DNA of 64,000 nucleotides, taken from NCBI GenBank assembly GCA_051942245.1, contig JAVECL010000029.1, positions 1 to 64,000 on the forward strand, read 5' to 3'. Shown in pieces: positions 51,908 to 64,000 of the stretch. The notes below the pieces were generated by a model, which was not told where the DNA came from, did no database searches, and saw nothing but the letters and a program-made list of their open reading frames with translations. Position 1 is the first letter of the stretch; each line of letters begins with the position of its first letter. The position numbers were made by a program, and so were the translations under genes. This DNA is from Trypethelium eluteriae (lineage: Eukaryota).

Positions 51908-52410
51908 ATATGGAGGATGAACACGTGCAGCAGACGATCTGTGCTAAGTTTATGGAAATCTTTTAGCGTAGAAAAAAGTATGCCCTGACACTTCCGATCA
52001 TGTACCCAATTTTACTGAATTGACTCAATTGCGACTGCGATCAATTACACTCAAACGGATAGAAACTCTCTTTCTTTCCTTTGAATCGTCTTTGTGGAGG
52101 CTGGTGTAGGATCGGCAATATTTCCAGCTTTCGATTGGCATTCGAAAACTGAATACGAAAGCTTTGGGTCCCAAAAGCCACTTGTCGATTTTATCGTAAC
52201 CGAACCCTCTCTACACCAGTATGAGACCATTCTATGCTAGAAACCGCATGTGCCGTGCTTGCAGATATATATTCCCGGATCGCGGATCGATCGCGCCAAA
52301 TTCAGATCCAAGTCAAAAGTTATTTCCATTCAAAAATCAAACCGGCAAGCGTCAGGCGAAAGCATTCAGAAGCTAATATGCAGCGCAAGGGTACACATGC
52401 CCTGGATCTT

Positions 52411-53048
52411 TCATTTTGGCCATTTCGTCCAGCCTCTTCCGTGGCCCAACTGCGGTTATGTGAATATTTCCTCTTCCTCGTAGCAAGGCAGCGAATAGCG
52501 TGACTTACCTGCTTCCACTTCTCAATCATCCTTGGCATGTCCAACATAGCCTGCCTTCTCCGCTCTAGGCGTCCCTTTATTGTCCTCTCCCATAACTTGC
52601 CCTTGACTTTCTGCCCTGCTCCGGTACCTTTGACACGCAGCCCCTGCTCTACAGTTCTGCGTTCTCTTTCTGTTGTACTCTTCATTCCGGGTGGCAGCAG
52701 GTCCTCTAGGCCTCGTTGCCGGGCCATTTTTACCAGATCCGCTTGCTTACGCAATGAGTACACAGGCTCATGCCAGCGGCCAGTTTCGGGATTCTTCCAT
52801 GGACGAAAAGGGTTGAATACCGCCCACGGATCTGAGCTTACAGAGCGAGTTGCATGAATCGTGGTCATAGAGGCATTAGGATCAGAAAGGGAAGTCGTTT
52901 CGGCCGTCTCCACTGCTTCGGATTGAGATGATGAAGGTGCTGGTTGTGCGACAATCGTAGGGTGAGGGTTATGACGGAGGAAGTTAAGCAGTCTTCGCGG
53001 CAGCGCCCTGGCTTGCGCAATGTGCTGCTCTCGTATTGCCACGGCCAT
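52411..53048 (-). CDS. MRPL25: Mitochondrial large ribosomal subunit protein mL59
   Basis: Exons 53048-52509 and 52449-52411. NPFRPWKNPETGRWHEPVYSLRKQADLVKMA, GLRVKGTGAGQKVKG, WKQLGHGRGWTKWPK. Confidence 0.9.
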
Positions 53049-53155
53049 GGTAGATGGAAGTAAGTTGGGACGGCATCGTACCTAGACATCGCAGAAAAGC
53101 ATTGGGTGCACGGACGTTGGATGAGCTTGCCGCGTCGTGAGCTTCTGCCTCGCTG

Positions 53156-53166
53156 AGCAGCTTCAA
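53156..53166 (+). promoter_or_regulatory. Shared proteasome-promoter motif AGCAGCTTCAA, 140 nt upstream of the PUP3 ATG
   Basis: Identical to the PRE7 copy; lies in the 257-nt MRPL25/PUP3 divergent spacer. Confidence 0.6.
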
Positions 53167-53305
53167 CTTCGCGATCCATCCCACCTGCCTACACTTCACC
53201 TTTCTTTTTGACACTTCTTGGTCGTTGAGGAATACTTCTTCGACCTATATCGCTTGCATTCAAGGCGAAAACCCTCTGCCGCATGCTAATGTAAAAGACG
53301 GAAAT

Positions 53306-54093
53306 ATGGTACGTGAACCTTGATGCTATGAATTGACAGCAGAAATACTAACAGCTTGTACTAGTCAAATCCTTTCTCAATCAGTATGTATCCTTTCACC
53401 GTCTGGTCCAGCTTCAGGACTGATCACACTGCGCAGATGGCGGCGCCTGTGTCGCTATGGTCGGCAAAGACTGTGTCGCCATTGCCTGCGACCTCCGTCT
53501 CGGCATGCAAGCCCTCACCGTCTCCAACACCTTCCCCAAAATCTTCTCTTACGGCTCGGTCTACCTTGGTCTCACCGGTCTTGCCACAGATGTCACAACC
53601 GTCTCTGACCTCTTCCGCTACAAGGTGAATCTATATCGGCTCCGAGAGGAACGCCCCATTTCCCCCGAGACCATGGCGAATCTCGTGAGCTCAACATTAT
53701 ACGAAAAGCGGTTTGGACCATACTTTGTCAGTCCGGTCATTGCAGGGATCAACCATACAACAGGAAAACCATTTATCTGCGGGTTTGATAGTATCGGTTG
53801 CATCGATTTCGCAAAGGATTTCATTGTAAGCGGAACAGCAAGTGATCAGCTGTTCGGAACGTGCGAAGGATTATGGGAACCGGACTTGGTATGATCACGA
53901 TTACCACAATATCACACCTTCGTAGCCTTCCATGCTAATGGGAACACAGGAGCCGGACGATCTTTTCGAGACAATCTCACAAGCACTACTGAATGGAGTG
54001 GATAGGGATGCGCTGTCTGGCTGGGGGGCACACGTTTATATAATAGAGAAGGATAAGGTAACTAAGAGATTACTGAAAGGCAGACAAGACTAG
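53306..54093 (+). CDS. PUP3: 20S proteasome subunit beta-3
   Basis: Exons 53306-53308 (ATG only), 53365-53383, 53437-53888, 53950-54093. [42 protein letters not shown], ending LKGRQD. Confidence 0.97.
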
Positions 54094-54372
54094 AAAACGG
54101 CAGCAAAGGGAAGGCGGGGAAGTAGTTCGATGGTTGACCGTTTTCCAGCACCATGTATCATCATACTCGGATTACTAGCGCAAGCTATCATAATAGATTC
54201 TTTGCCATGGACGATTACGATAGAAGATATGCTAATACTAATTCAATCGCCTGCTATTGACATGCCAGGGTATCATACGACAAGGTAGAAGGAAGCCCAT
54301 AGAATCACGATCTCATTGTATCCTCTCCTGTCCTCACCGCTCTCTATCCACAGCCTTGAGGTGTTGTTGCTC

Positions 54373-57300
54373 TCATTGATACGGAATTCCATTCGTCATG
54401 TATTGGAACTGATCGTAAACTCGAGTACTGTAATCCCCGTAGCTCTTTTTGCAAAGTTCTTTCATATGATCAGCTGCCTCTCTTTCCGTCTTCTCCAGCA
54501 CAAACCGTTCCCTGAACCGATCGATTGTCTCGGGCTTGAAGCACGGTAACCCACTATCGAGCATCACAACAACCACCTGAACGAGTTTCTCTGCGTGCTG
54601 TCGACTTGCCAGAAATGATTTGATGCACAGCTCTTCAAACCATTTGTAGCTCTGCGAGTTGGTCGACCGATCCGGCCCGGACATGACGGCCACCATCTCG
54701 CTTGTGAGTTTGAACGGGGCCCGCTCGAACTTGACCCCACCTGGCGCAATGTCAAAGCAGAATCCGAAATCGATGTGCAGGATATGTCCCGCATCGTCGA
54801 GCATGATATTCCCGTTATGCCGATCCTTGAACTGCAACAAATAGCTAATGACGCTATACGCCGCCATACTCTTGACGAAATTTGTACGCGCGGCCTGGAA
54901 GCGGACGCTGTCTTCGCCGCCGTATTTGGTGACGAAGTACTCGTACAGTCCGTTGACCGCCTCACGGCCTAGCATGTCGCGCGAGATCGAGTTGGGTAGG
55001 AAGTCGATGACGCCGCATCCCGGTGCTGTCGCTGTGACACGGTACGGATGCACATACACGTCCAGTCCGATGCTGGCAAAGATCCCACGGAAGCACGAGA
55101 TCATTTGCAGCGCCAGTACGTCTTGACGGCAGTCGTCGCCAACTTTGAAGATGGCGGATTGCCAGACTTCGTACGTGTGCTCAGGCTTGGAAGACAAGGC
55201 ATTTGGGTTTCCGGCTTGGTCGTTAGATTCGAGGTCGTCAATGTCGGATCGTTCTTTACGGATGCGAAATGTTGCCATATACGGGGCTTTGGCGTGAGAT
55301 TGCAAGGGTTTGCCGGATTTGCGATCGATTCCTACAACGACACCGTCGGGGTTGCTAGGGAGGTAAACGCCGACATCGACTTTAATTTTGCGGAGTTCTT
55401 CCTCGATTTTCTGTTTCTTGACAGGCTTGGGTTCTTTGATGAATGGCTTGAGCTTGCCAGAGATACTGGTAACTTCGTTGAAGAAGGAGAATTCGCGTTC
55501 GTAGAAGTCGCGGTCTGGGTCGGAGAAACTGTCGATTAAGCTGTTCATAACATTGTCGAGGGCTGGCTTGATTCCGTCAGGCTGATGAAATGTTAGAGCG
55601 ACCGGCGGATGAGCTGAGTTACAGTACTTACAATCGTAGCGTCTTCATCTTTGTAGGCGTTTGCTTTCATATTCCAGATTATCTGGTGGGCAAACAATTG
55701 AGAAAATTTGGCAGTCTCGATGATATATCGTTCGACGTAGCCCAGAACATCATATCGGAGAGTTTGCACGATTTGTGGAACAAAGAAGAAGGTGACATCA
55801 ACAGAGTGCGAGTCCAGCGCGCGCATCGCGTATTGTATAATGAAGGGATGATTGCCGTACGCAGGAAGAAAATACGTGACTGCGGTGATAGGGTTTACCG
55901 GTGTCCAGTAGAGTAGATACTGTGGGTGATCAATGGGAGATTGAGGCCAAACAGGGGACGAAACCAACCTTGAGCTGCCAAGAGAGATCTCTAGGCAAGG
56001 CAGAACCGAGCAGGAGGGGGAGCGCCTCTGCTACGTCTCCGAACTTTTCCGGGTAGTGGACGATTAGTCCCCGAAGCTCATTTTGTAGCCTCTGTGAAGT
56101 GAATCTCGTGGCGAGTTGTACAGCAATAGCAGGGCTTTCTGACCATGCAGAACTCAGTAGAGACGTCAGAGTGGCCTTGTGCTTTGTTAATTTACAGCAT
56201 AAGAATATGACCAATCTACTCACGTCTGTAGGAGGCCGGGCGTGGTTGCTCGATGTCAAATAATGCTTTCGCTCTTGATCGAGAGGGAAGAGCCAAACTG
56301 TCAGTCGAGACTCTTCACTGTTGATGAGTTTGAGAAGTAGTTCCTGTCTGGCTTCCAATGACTTCATATGCGTCGCTGGCTTCGCTCCAATCGCGGAGAC
56401 GGCGTCCAGAGCCTTCACAACATCGCTGAGGAGGTGAACTTCTGCCTTGACTTGAAGCCTGTTGTTCCCAAAGGACCATCTATAGGTGTCAGCATAAATG
56501 AGGCACAATGTTGAAAGTTGGGGAATGGTAATGCTCACCTCGGAGGCAGAGCAAACCAAGCTAGAGCAGCTGAGAGAATCCTATCCTTAAGTCGCCAACG
56601 CAGAGCGATGGTGGCGTTCGTACTATATTGAAGGACTCTCAGACCCAGTAGGACGACATGAAAATGGGTTTCTCGTCCAAGAGGGGATTGCATAGTAGTT
56701 TGCATATGATCTAGTACTATATGCATCAGTCGGTCATAAGTCCTCTCCACGTAGACGCTGTATAGTCTTGTGGCGTGAAAGTGACTTGAGAGAAATTGAA
56801 GCAGCCGGAAGTGGGGAGCGATGAGGTTTTGTGCAGCTTGCTGACGTTTTGTGACAGCTCCTCGATCGGACGGGGCGAACTCTTCTTTGATGTAGAATGG
56901 ATCAACATAGCTGCCTTTGATTAGCTTCGTATGATAAGGACTCAAGCGACACATACTTGAATTTATCGTGGAACATGCCCGTCCCTTTGCGAACAGTAGT
57001 TTCGAAATTGGAGGCAATCTCGACTAGAATCCTCGTTTCCATCCGCGGATTCTCTTTGATGACACCCATCCACAGAGATATCCCAAGCTTTATGGACTGC
57101 TTCGTAAAAACCGCGAACGGAATGCCGACGAGATGGTGCACAAGGGTGCATTGATCGCTGATTGTTCGGCAAAGCACAGCTGCTGCTCTTCTTAAGCCAT
57201 CTCGCATCTCACGAATTGGCACCGGCCTGTGACTGAGGGCACGCCCCTCGATCTCAGCGAGGATCGATGCAGCCTCATCCATGCGCCTGCCATTCCTTGT

Positions 57301-60300
57301 AAGAGTGTGATTGTAGGCTTCGCTATTACTAAAGCGCAGCCACTCGTGATCCGGATCTGCAACCGAATCATCGAAGCGATACTCTTGCCGTGTGGTGTAT
57401 TGAGCAATGAAGTCGGAACCTGTATTGATACTGAATTCCCCTTGTTTCTCGATAGCGGCCAGTCTTTGATCTGTCGATGGTATCACGGAACCCATCTCAA
57501 GTGCAAAAGACCTGCCAAGAGCAATGTGGCCATATGCGCCATCATCATCATGTTCGGAGAGATATGTCTGGAGAAGACCCTTCATGTCTAGCGGTGCGAA
57601 GTTCATCACGGCCAGTACCCAGCTCTTTGCTTTTCGATGGAAGTTGCTCAGGGTTGTTTGGCGGAAAGTGTAGTTGTCCGAAAGCTCCACGGAGACATTC
57701 TCCTTTCTAGACGTGTGTTTCGACTTCCAATCGTACTCCTCGACATCGGCTTCAAGACAACTGTAGTACATGATCGACAACAGCTCGAGCAATGTAAACA
57801 TTGAACGCTTCTGGCAGAGCGCCGAAGGGATTTGAGCGACAATTCTGTCTGCGCAGAGAACGGCTGCTTGCTGAACTCGCTCAATACGGTGGCAGCAGCT
57901 CACAAAGAGGGTCGATAACTGCTGCGCCACGTAGGGAGCTGAGAAGGCGTGGAAACTTCCCTTAAGTGCTTTACCGAGATATGCGTTGATAGCTGTGCCT
58001 GTTATGGCAAGCATACAATTGCTCATTGCATTGGACTTTAATTTTGGGTCGAGGAAAGAATAGAGATTCTGACCAAAATCTCCAGTGATGGCTCGAAGAA
58101 ATGAGATGACGTAGGTTGTATGGAGAAAGATGACTTCTGGATAGCTGAGTGATTTGATGTCCGACTCGCACCCAGGAAGGAGACGAATCAATTCCTGTTT
58201 TTGCTCAGTGGTATGCTGGGGGCTCATTGCTCTGCGTAATACTGTGTTCAGCTCCACATCACTCTCCACCTGATCATGAGGACTCTCAGGAATGGTGGGC
58301 CGCGTGTACTTGGCGATCACCTCCATCTCCTTACGATGTCGTTGACCAAACTTAGATATTATACTAAACCCATGAACGATCATGTTGAACCAGGCATCGC
58401 GCTGAAGGAGGCTTATTTTATCCTGCTGATGAGTCTTGTCTGATCCTGTTTCGTGGACAATATAGAGTATCGCGAGCGGCTCTAGAAGTTGTTCGATTTC
58501 TTGAGAAGCGAGCTCGGCATCCGCAGCACGGCTATTGTCGCTTGTATGTGCATCTCCCTTACTGATGATAGTTTCAAGGAGGTGAGTGAGATAGATCTCA
58601 TACTTGTCAGAATCTTGTGATATTTGTCGAGAGATTCGGAGTAATGCTGCGTTGACCTTCGTAGATGATATCAGCGCACTATCCCTGTCATTTGCTATTC
58701 TAGTACTTACTGAACTCAAGAGTAGCTGATCACGCTGGATAAGAGCATCATGTGACAGTTTGGAGTATAATTTGAGGAGAGACTTGAACTCCAAAAGTCC
58801 TCCGTAAATGCTCAAAGTGGCGACCTCGGTGATGATTTTCGCGTCGACCGCGGTATTCACTCGACTGATCTTTTGTACGAGCATTGACTGCGCAAGGGCA
58901 ATCATTTTTTGGTCTTGGCTCTGACTAGCAACACCCACAATCGTGTGAATGACCGTTCCATAAACAAGAGAAGAGTCATCTAGCTCGCTGAATTCAAGGG
59001 AGATAGAACTGCCTGCCGGTTGTTGCTTGATGCCGTTGACAACCTGATGACCTTTAAAGGTTGGAGTATTGACCGAGGTCGGATTGCCAGCCCGGTCAGC
59101 TCCTGAATTCGAGCTCAGCACATTTCCGAGGCTGTACAACGTCGTTATTGTCGTATCATCAGGTAGCAGACTAAGTATGCTTGATAAAGTGCTTGCGGCG
59201 ATGGGTGCAAGACGCGGATCGAAGCCACCTTGAACAATATATCGCGGCACTGATCTGCTGAGATTCGAGGCGATGGTTGAAGACGTGAGGCCAAGTACCG
59301 CTAAACTCCTAAGAACTATAGTAGCAAGACCTTCATCAGCCATCTGAATTGGGTCTCCAAGCGTAGATTCGAGCCATGCTAAGAGTAAATCGGGGTCGGC
59401 AGCATGCTCTTGCAAAATTGAACAGTGGAGAAAGCTCTCTAGTGCATGTCCTTTGACTTGGAATGCCAAACGGTGCTGCCAAGCCGAGCCAAGCTGCAAG
59501 TAGTCCGATCCGGCTTCTATTATTGCATATTCATCCGCAGCAATGTCTGCAAGGACCTCGACAACTTCGAAACTGCTTGCAGTGTTCTTAACATCTTGTA
59601 ACACTCTTTTCGACCGTAAATAACTGAGAACATCCTCACGCTCGATCGCTTCGGGGGGCGCGACTAGAATGGAGGTACACGAACAAACGAATGCCATGAA
59701 GCCTTGTTTAAGAAGCATCCCACCCAACGGTCGCCGGATCGCTGCATAATGTTTTACCCATCTCTTCCACTCTTTTACTTCATGTTGCGAACCTTTGGCG
59801 TTCCGAAGGGTAGATAGTGCAGTTTCGAGAGCAGTCATAAATCCAGTAGATAAGATGTCCTTGATAGTCATAACGAGTCGCACTCTTCCTTTAGTATTGA
59901 AGAAACTTGCATCTTTCGCCACGGCCTCCAGGAACCCGAGTAATGAAATTGCGAGCCGGATGACCAGAGCTAGTTCAGGTGGGAGAGAGTCCTCATAGCC
60001 CTCATACTCTCTACCCATATCCCCATTGACGTTGAGATTCGTACTGTTCCTTGCAAGGTTGGTGCATACCTCGATGTAATCGTTGATGGCAGATATGACC
60101 TCGTCGCGTAGATATACGGCTTTTTTACCCGCGGCGAGTAGCCCAGCGGTCACGTTAAAGGTGAAGGCCTCCCACGGCGAGGGCTCGAAGTCTCGGAGAA
60201 ACGGGGACTCAGAGAAGGTCTGTTGTGGAGCAGTTGGAAGGTATTGTTTAAGATAGGGGATTAATTGTTCGCCATCTTGAGCATTCGACAGATGGGTAGC

Positions 60301-60600
60301 AGCTCGACTCAAGGCAATGATGGTCTCTAGCTCGCGTAGACTCTGGGGACTTTCGTGTCAATTCGGGTGGAGTACTATTCTGAGTTTAAGATGACATACC
60401 GTGGGAGCTTTCGCACCCAATACGCCATGTTTGCCACCGGAGCAAGCTGATCCATTGGATTGTAGGGGTTTGCGAGAGTACAGCCGGCACAGCCTCTTCA
60501 GATCCGCGCTTTGCGATTGAGTGTTTGACCGTTCTGCCGAGAGGACGGCGAGTTTCTCTAGGGCGTTGCGTCGTAGACGGTGAGGTGGTGGGGGAGTCAT
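54373..60600 (-). CDS. STT4: Phosphatidylinositol 4-kinase III alpha
   Basis: Exons 60600-60400, 60342-58711, 58656-56957, 56910-56539, 56479-56224, 56175-55969, 55919-55632, 55581-54373. PLQSHAKAP, FKVGDDCRQD, KDRHNGN, HIDFGF, ending TNGIPY. Confidence 0.96.
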
Positions 60601-61081
60601 ATTGACTGTACAATCGGCAAGAAGGGCTTCGCAAAGCCTACGACCTCAGCATCGCTCCGAGTTGGAGTCATCCATGGCAAGATTGCTTGGACGGTGAATG
60701 GACGAGATCAAATGGTGAAATAGTGAAATGTTGCCAACGCGCCGACAACTTCGAGCTCGACGTCGGCGCTCTAGCGCTGGGCCGGGCCTCAGCAAGCGTG
60801 ACGTCGCCGTATCACCACATTAAATGTACCGAGTATGCGGTAAATCAAGCAATGTCTATACATTTCCATTCGTTGCTTTCTGTCCACGACGTGCTGACGA
60901 AGTGTATGAAGATTGCAGCTCGCTCATAATGCGGAACTGTAATGTATCTACTCAATGGAGAGAACGGAAAGTGGCTACGCACGCTATGGTCCCAATACTG
61001 ACAGCGCCGACCTCCACCCAATGCCAAAAACTCCGAGTCATGCCAATCATTTCCAACCTCGAGTTACTATTCACGAATCTT

Positions 61082-63739
61082 TCACCCCTCAGCAGCTGAT
61101 GCGCTGTCAAATGTCAAATCTCTTCTGATTCCTAAGTCTGTGAATCCTTCTTCATTATTCAGCACCAAACCTTTCTCATTGGCCAGATGTAGTAAGCAAA
61201 TGAAGCAGTAAGAAGTCGAGATATCTGCCATGGCTTGCTTAGGATACACTTCTTGCAGGCTGTTCATTATGTCGGTGAACCTGAGACATTCATCCTCAGA
61301 TTGCTTGTCGGCAGCAGCGACTGACTCCGAAGAAGTTGGTGGGGCTGGTGGTAACGACTGTGCAATGATTAGCGTTTTGAAAGGATAGAAGTTGAAGCGT
61401 TTCGTACCTCATCGTACCCAATTCCTCGCCATAGCTCCTCTTTCAGTCGTCTCACATCGACTTTCTTTGCAACTCTGGCATATTGGACATATTCGGGCCT
61501 TACTCGTCTGCTCTGCGCCACAACCTGCGCGCCAAAAGCTGCCTCTTGACTACCATCCAGTGCATCCCTCATCGGTTCTAGAACACCCTCGGCACCATCG
61601 ACCGGCGGTGAAAACATTTCTCTTGCATCTGCGAAGATATCGTCGTCATCCTCCATGCCTCCTGCTGGCTGATCAAGACCATCATCCTGGAAAAAATTGG
61701 CGTCGTAGTCTCCACGAGGCGCTTGGTCTTCTCCCTGTATAGGACCATTGTCGTGGGTCCAGTAGGCATCGTCCACGTCTGCTTCGCCATTCCTCTCAGG
61801 AGGTCCTCTTGACTGATTAGCTACTCCATTTCTACGAGCGCCGAGGCGGGCCTTTGGCTTTAGAAACAGTCGGAGCAATTGACGTGAATTAAAGTGTTTA
61901 TCGTCCGGAAGCAGATTCCTGGTCCTGGATTTCCACTGAGTTTTGGGTAAAGATATTGCGGAGCTCGAGCTGGCCGGAGTATACAACATGTCTGCCATAG
62001 CTTGGGTCATCGGTGCCGGAAAATCGATTTCGAAAGGTTCCCTTTCCTTTCTTTTTTGCTTGGGGGTGTCCTCCTTCGTATTCTCCTTAATTCTCTTGAT
62101 TTTCCAATGTTCAGGACCTGCCCATTGCTTTTTCAGTGCTTCGTCAAAGTAACTTAGTATATTCTCTTGGTCCTCTTTGCCTTTGCCTAGGGTAACGCCA
62201 TACTGCGTACTGTCCGGATCGAAGCCACCAATCTCTACCTTCACCGCATCTTCATCCCCAACCGCGTCCATGCCTGGTAGGGTCTGAACATGTTTCTGTG
62301 GCTCAAGAGCAGCTTCTTTGGCCCACGCTTCACCGCCCTCGCCGAATCCGATGTCCAGCGGAAGATCAAACCCACCCATATGGCTATCATCATCGTCGAA
62401 GCCGGCCGCATTGTCTTGGTCCATGAAGATGCCAGAACCTGCGTCATGGTTCTGCTGACCTCCCTTTTTCGGACTCTTCCAATCTTCTGGAGGTGTCTTC
62501 AGGAAAGGAAGATCCAGTGTACCATTAGCATTACCGAGCTCAAATGACTCTAGTGAGGGGCATATCTTTTGCTCTTCCACGACGGCCAGATTAGGGAAGA
62601 ATTTGGCGCCAAGAGCAGCAATGTCGATCTCTCCATCCTTTTCTTCTGGCTGTACTGACGATGATTCTATTGTGTGTTCCTCGTTCTTGTCACCCTCTGC
62701 ATCGGTCAACCCGCCTTCCCGGCTCTTCTGACTTTCGTCTTGTGCGTCGTCGCTGCTGTCGAAGACGATCCTACCCTCTCCGTCTATTGCAAGATGGTTA
62801 AGCAGAAGCCCCTTTGCGCCTCCCTCGTCAAAGTCCGCAGATGCTTTCTTGAATAAAGGATCGACCGAGAATTCCAATTCCATCTTTTTCAATTGCAGTT
62901 GGGCAAATGATGTTGCCAGGGTCGCTTCCGCAGTTTTTTGTGTCTACATTATAATCAGCGCTCATGTCCTTCTCTATGGCGCTTTCTGATGACAGTCCAT
63001 ACCCTTTTCTTTGCTCGTTTCTTGACACCATCTTCGCCCTCCTCGCCCTCTTCCTCCCCCTCTTCACCTTCTGCGTCACCATCTTTCCTTTTTTTATTCC
63101 CACTGTCCGCCAGACTGCTCAACATCCTTCCAGTCTCGGTAGCTACTCCGTCCACTCTGCTGGTGTAAATCTTCACACAGCCATCGAGTGTACAACTTGC
63201 TTTCTGGAAATTGACTCCATCGCCTTCCTTCAACAGTGACATGTCGTGAAAGTAGTCGATTAACGCAAAGTTCCAGGCATTTGTCGCGTTGATTTTCTTG
63301 GAGGCTATTAGCTTGGAGGCCAATGCTTGAAACCCTTCAGCTAACGTACATTATCTGTAGCCATCTTCATCCACTCTTCAAAATTTGCTAATATTGGTAC
63401 TCTTTTCATAGGCGTGACAGCATTTCCTCCAACAGAAATTCTTCGTAATGGATCTTGGCCTGGCGTATGTGGACTTGAAGTCCCGCCTACAAGCGACTTT
63501 CTGCGTCGCGCCGGGGTAGCTGCAGCTCGGATTTGATCCATTTGCGATTCATGCTGAGCTTGCCGCGACTGTAGCCGCTTGGCTTTCTCTTGCTTGTCAT
63601 CGTTGAGAGGAATCCTGGCATTTCTGTCAGAGGGATTCGTCCAAGGCGATTCATAGCCATACTTAATGGGACTGCCTTTGTACGGAGTTTGGGCGTGTTG
63701 CGCACTGCTAACACGCGATGCATTTGTGACGCGAGGCAT
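61082..63739 (-). CDS. BRN1: Condensin kleisin subunit Brn1/Cnd2 (barren)
   Basis: Exons 63739-63663, 63614-63350, 63296-63003, 62943-61408, 61357-61082. NFEEWMKMATDNKINATNAWNFALID, NFQKASCTLDGCVKIYTSRVD, VDPLFKKASADFDEGGA, WAGPEHW, FICLLHLANE. Confidence 0.96.
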
Positions 63740-63832
63740 GTCAGGTAGTTCAGAAGTCTCAGGATTGCTCGCGCTGCAGCAGGTGGGGGCTCTCGAGCGG
63801 CAAGATCTTGCGTGTTGTAGGACGGTGGGAGA

Positions 63833-63840
63833 GTAAACAA
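63833..63840 (+). promoter_or_regulatory. Forkhead-type site GTAAACAA upstream of BRN1
   Basis: Exact match to the fungal Fkh1/2 consensus, about 94 nt upstream of the ATG of a mitotic gene. Confidence 0.4.
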
Positions 63841-64000
63841 ACCTTACCCAGAACGGCGTACGCGGTTGATGAGGCTAGTGCAGTGGCGTGCCTACCTAGC
63901 GTAGCACTGGTATGTAGCTTCCTTCAGCCACGGAGTTTACGTGATTAGTCACGTACCTTACGGCAGTACATGCCCTGACTGTACTGGTGGGGCGCGCGTC

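Overview
Gene-dense nuclear DNA from a filamentous ascomycete (Pezizomycotina; Eurotiomycete-like is a guess). It has short GT-AG introns with CTRAY branch points. I reconstructed 24 protein-coding genes by hand-splicing. Housekeeping genes: ArfGAP-UBA (GTS1-like, runs off the left edge), Mug190-like SMP/C2 protein, three 20S proteasome beta subunits (PRE7, PRE4, PUP3), HCNGP/SAP30BP, PEX10, Esc2/Rad60-like, PRP28, LSM6, GFA1, TRM112, MRPL25, STT4 and BRN1. Accessory or poorly characterised genes: two Zn(II)2Cys6 factors, a secreted 607-aa protein, a SAM methyltransferase, a GMC oxidoreductase, a histidine phosphatase, an M20 peptidase and two hypothetical proteins. I saw no tRNA, rRNA, transposon or CRISPR. 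Best leads: (1) the secreted 607-aa protein has a motif order resembling an H-Y-E-type ADP-ribosyltransferase fold; (2) all three proteasome genes share a positionally conserved promoter module (AGCAGCTYCAA + AGGCAG + GACGCG); (3) a chimeric-looking Upc2-type factor is transcribed divergently from a GMC oxidase ending in the ER-retention-like HEEL; (4) an in-frame, stop-free intron with a weak GAG acceptor sits inside a zinc cluster; (5) the short motifs TACGGAGTA and TAGGTA recur in non-coding DNA. Exon boundaries and family assignments were made by eye with no database search.
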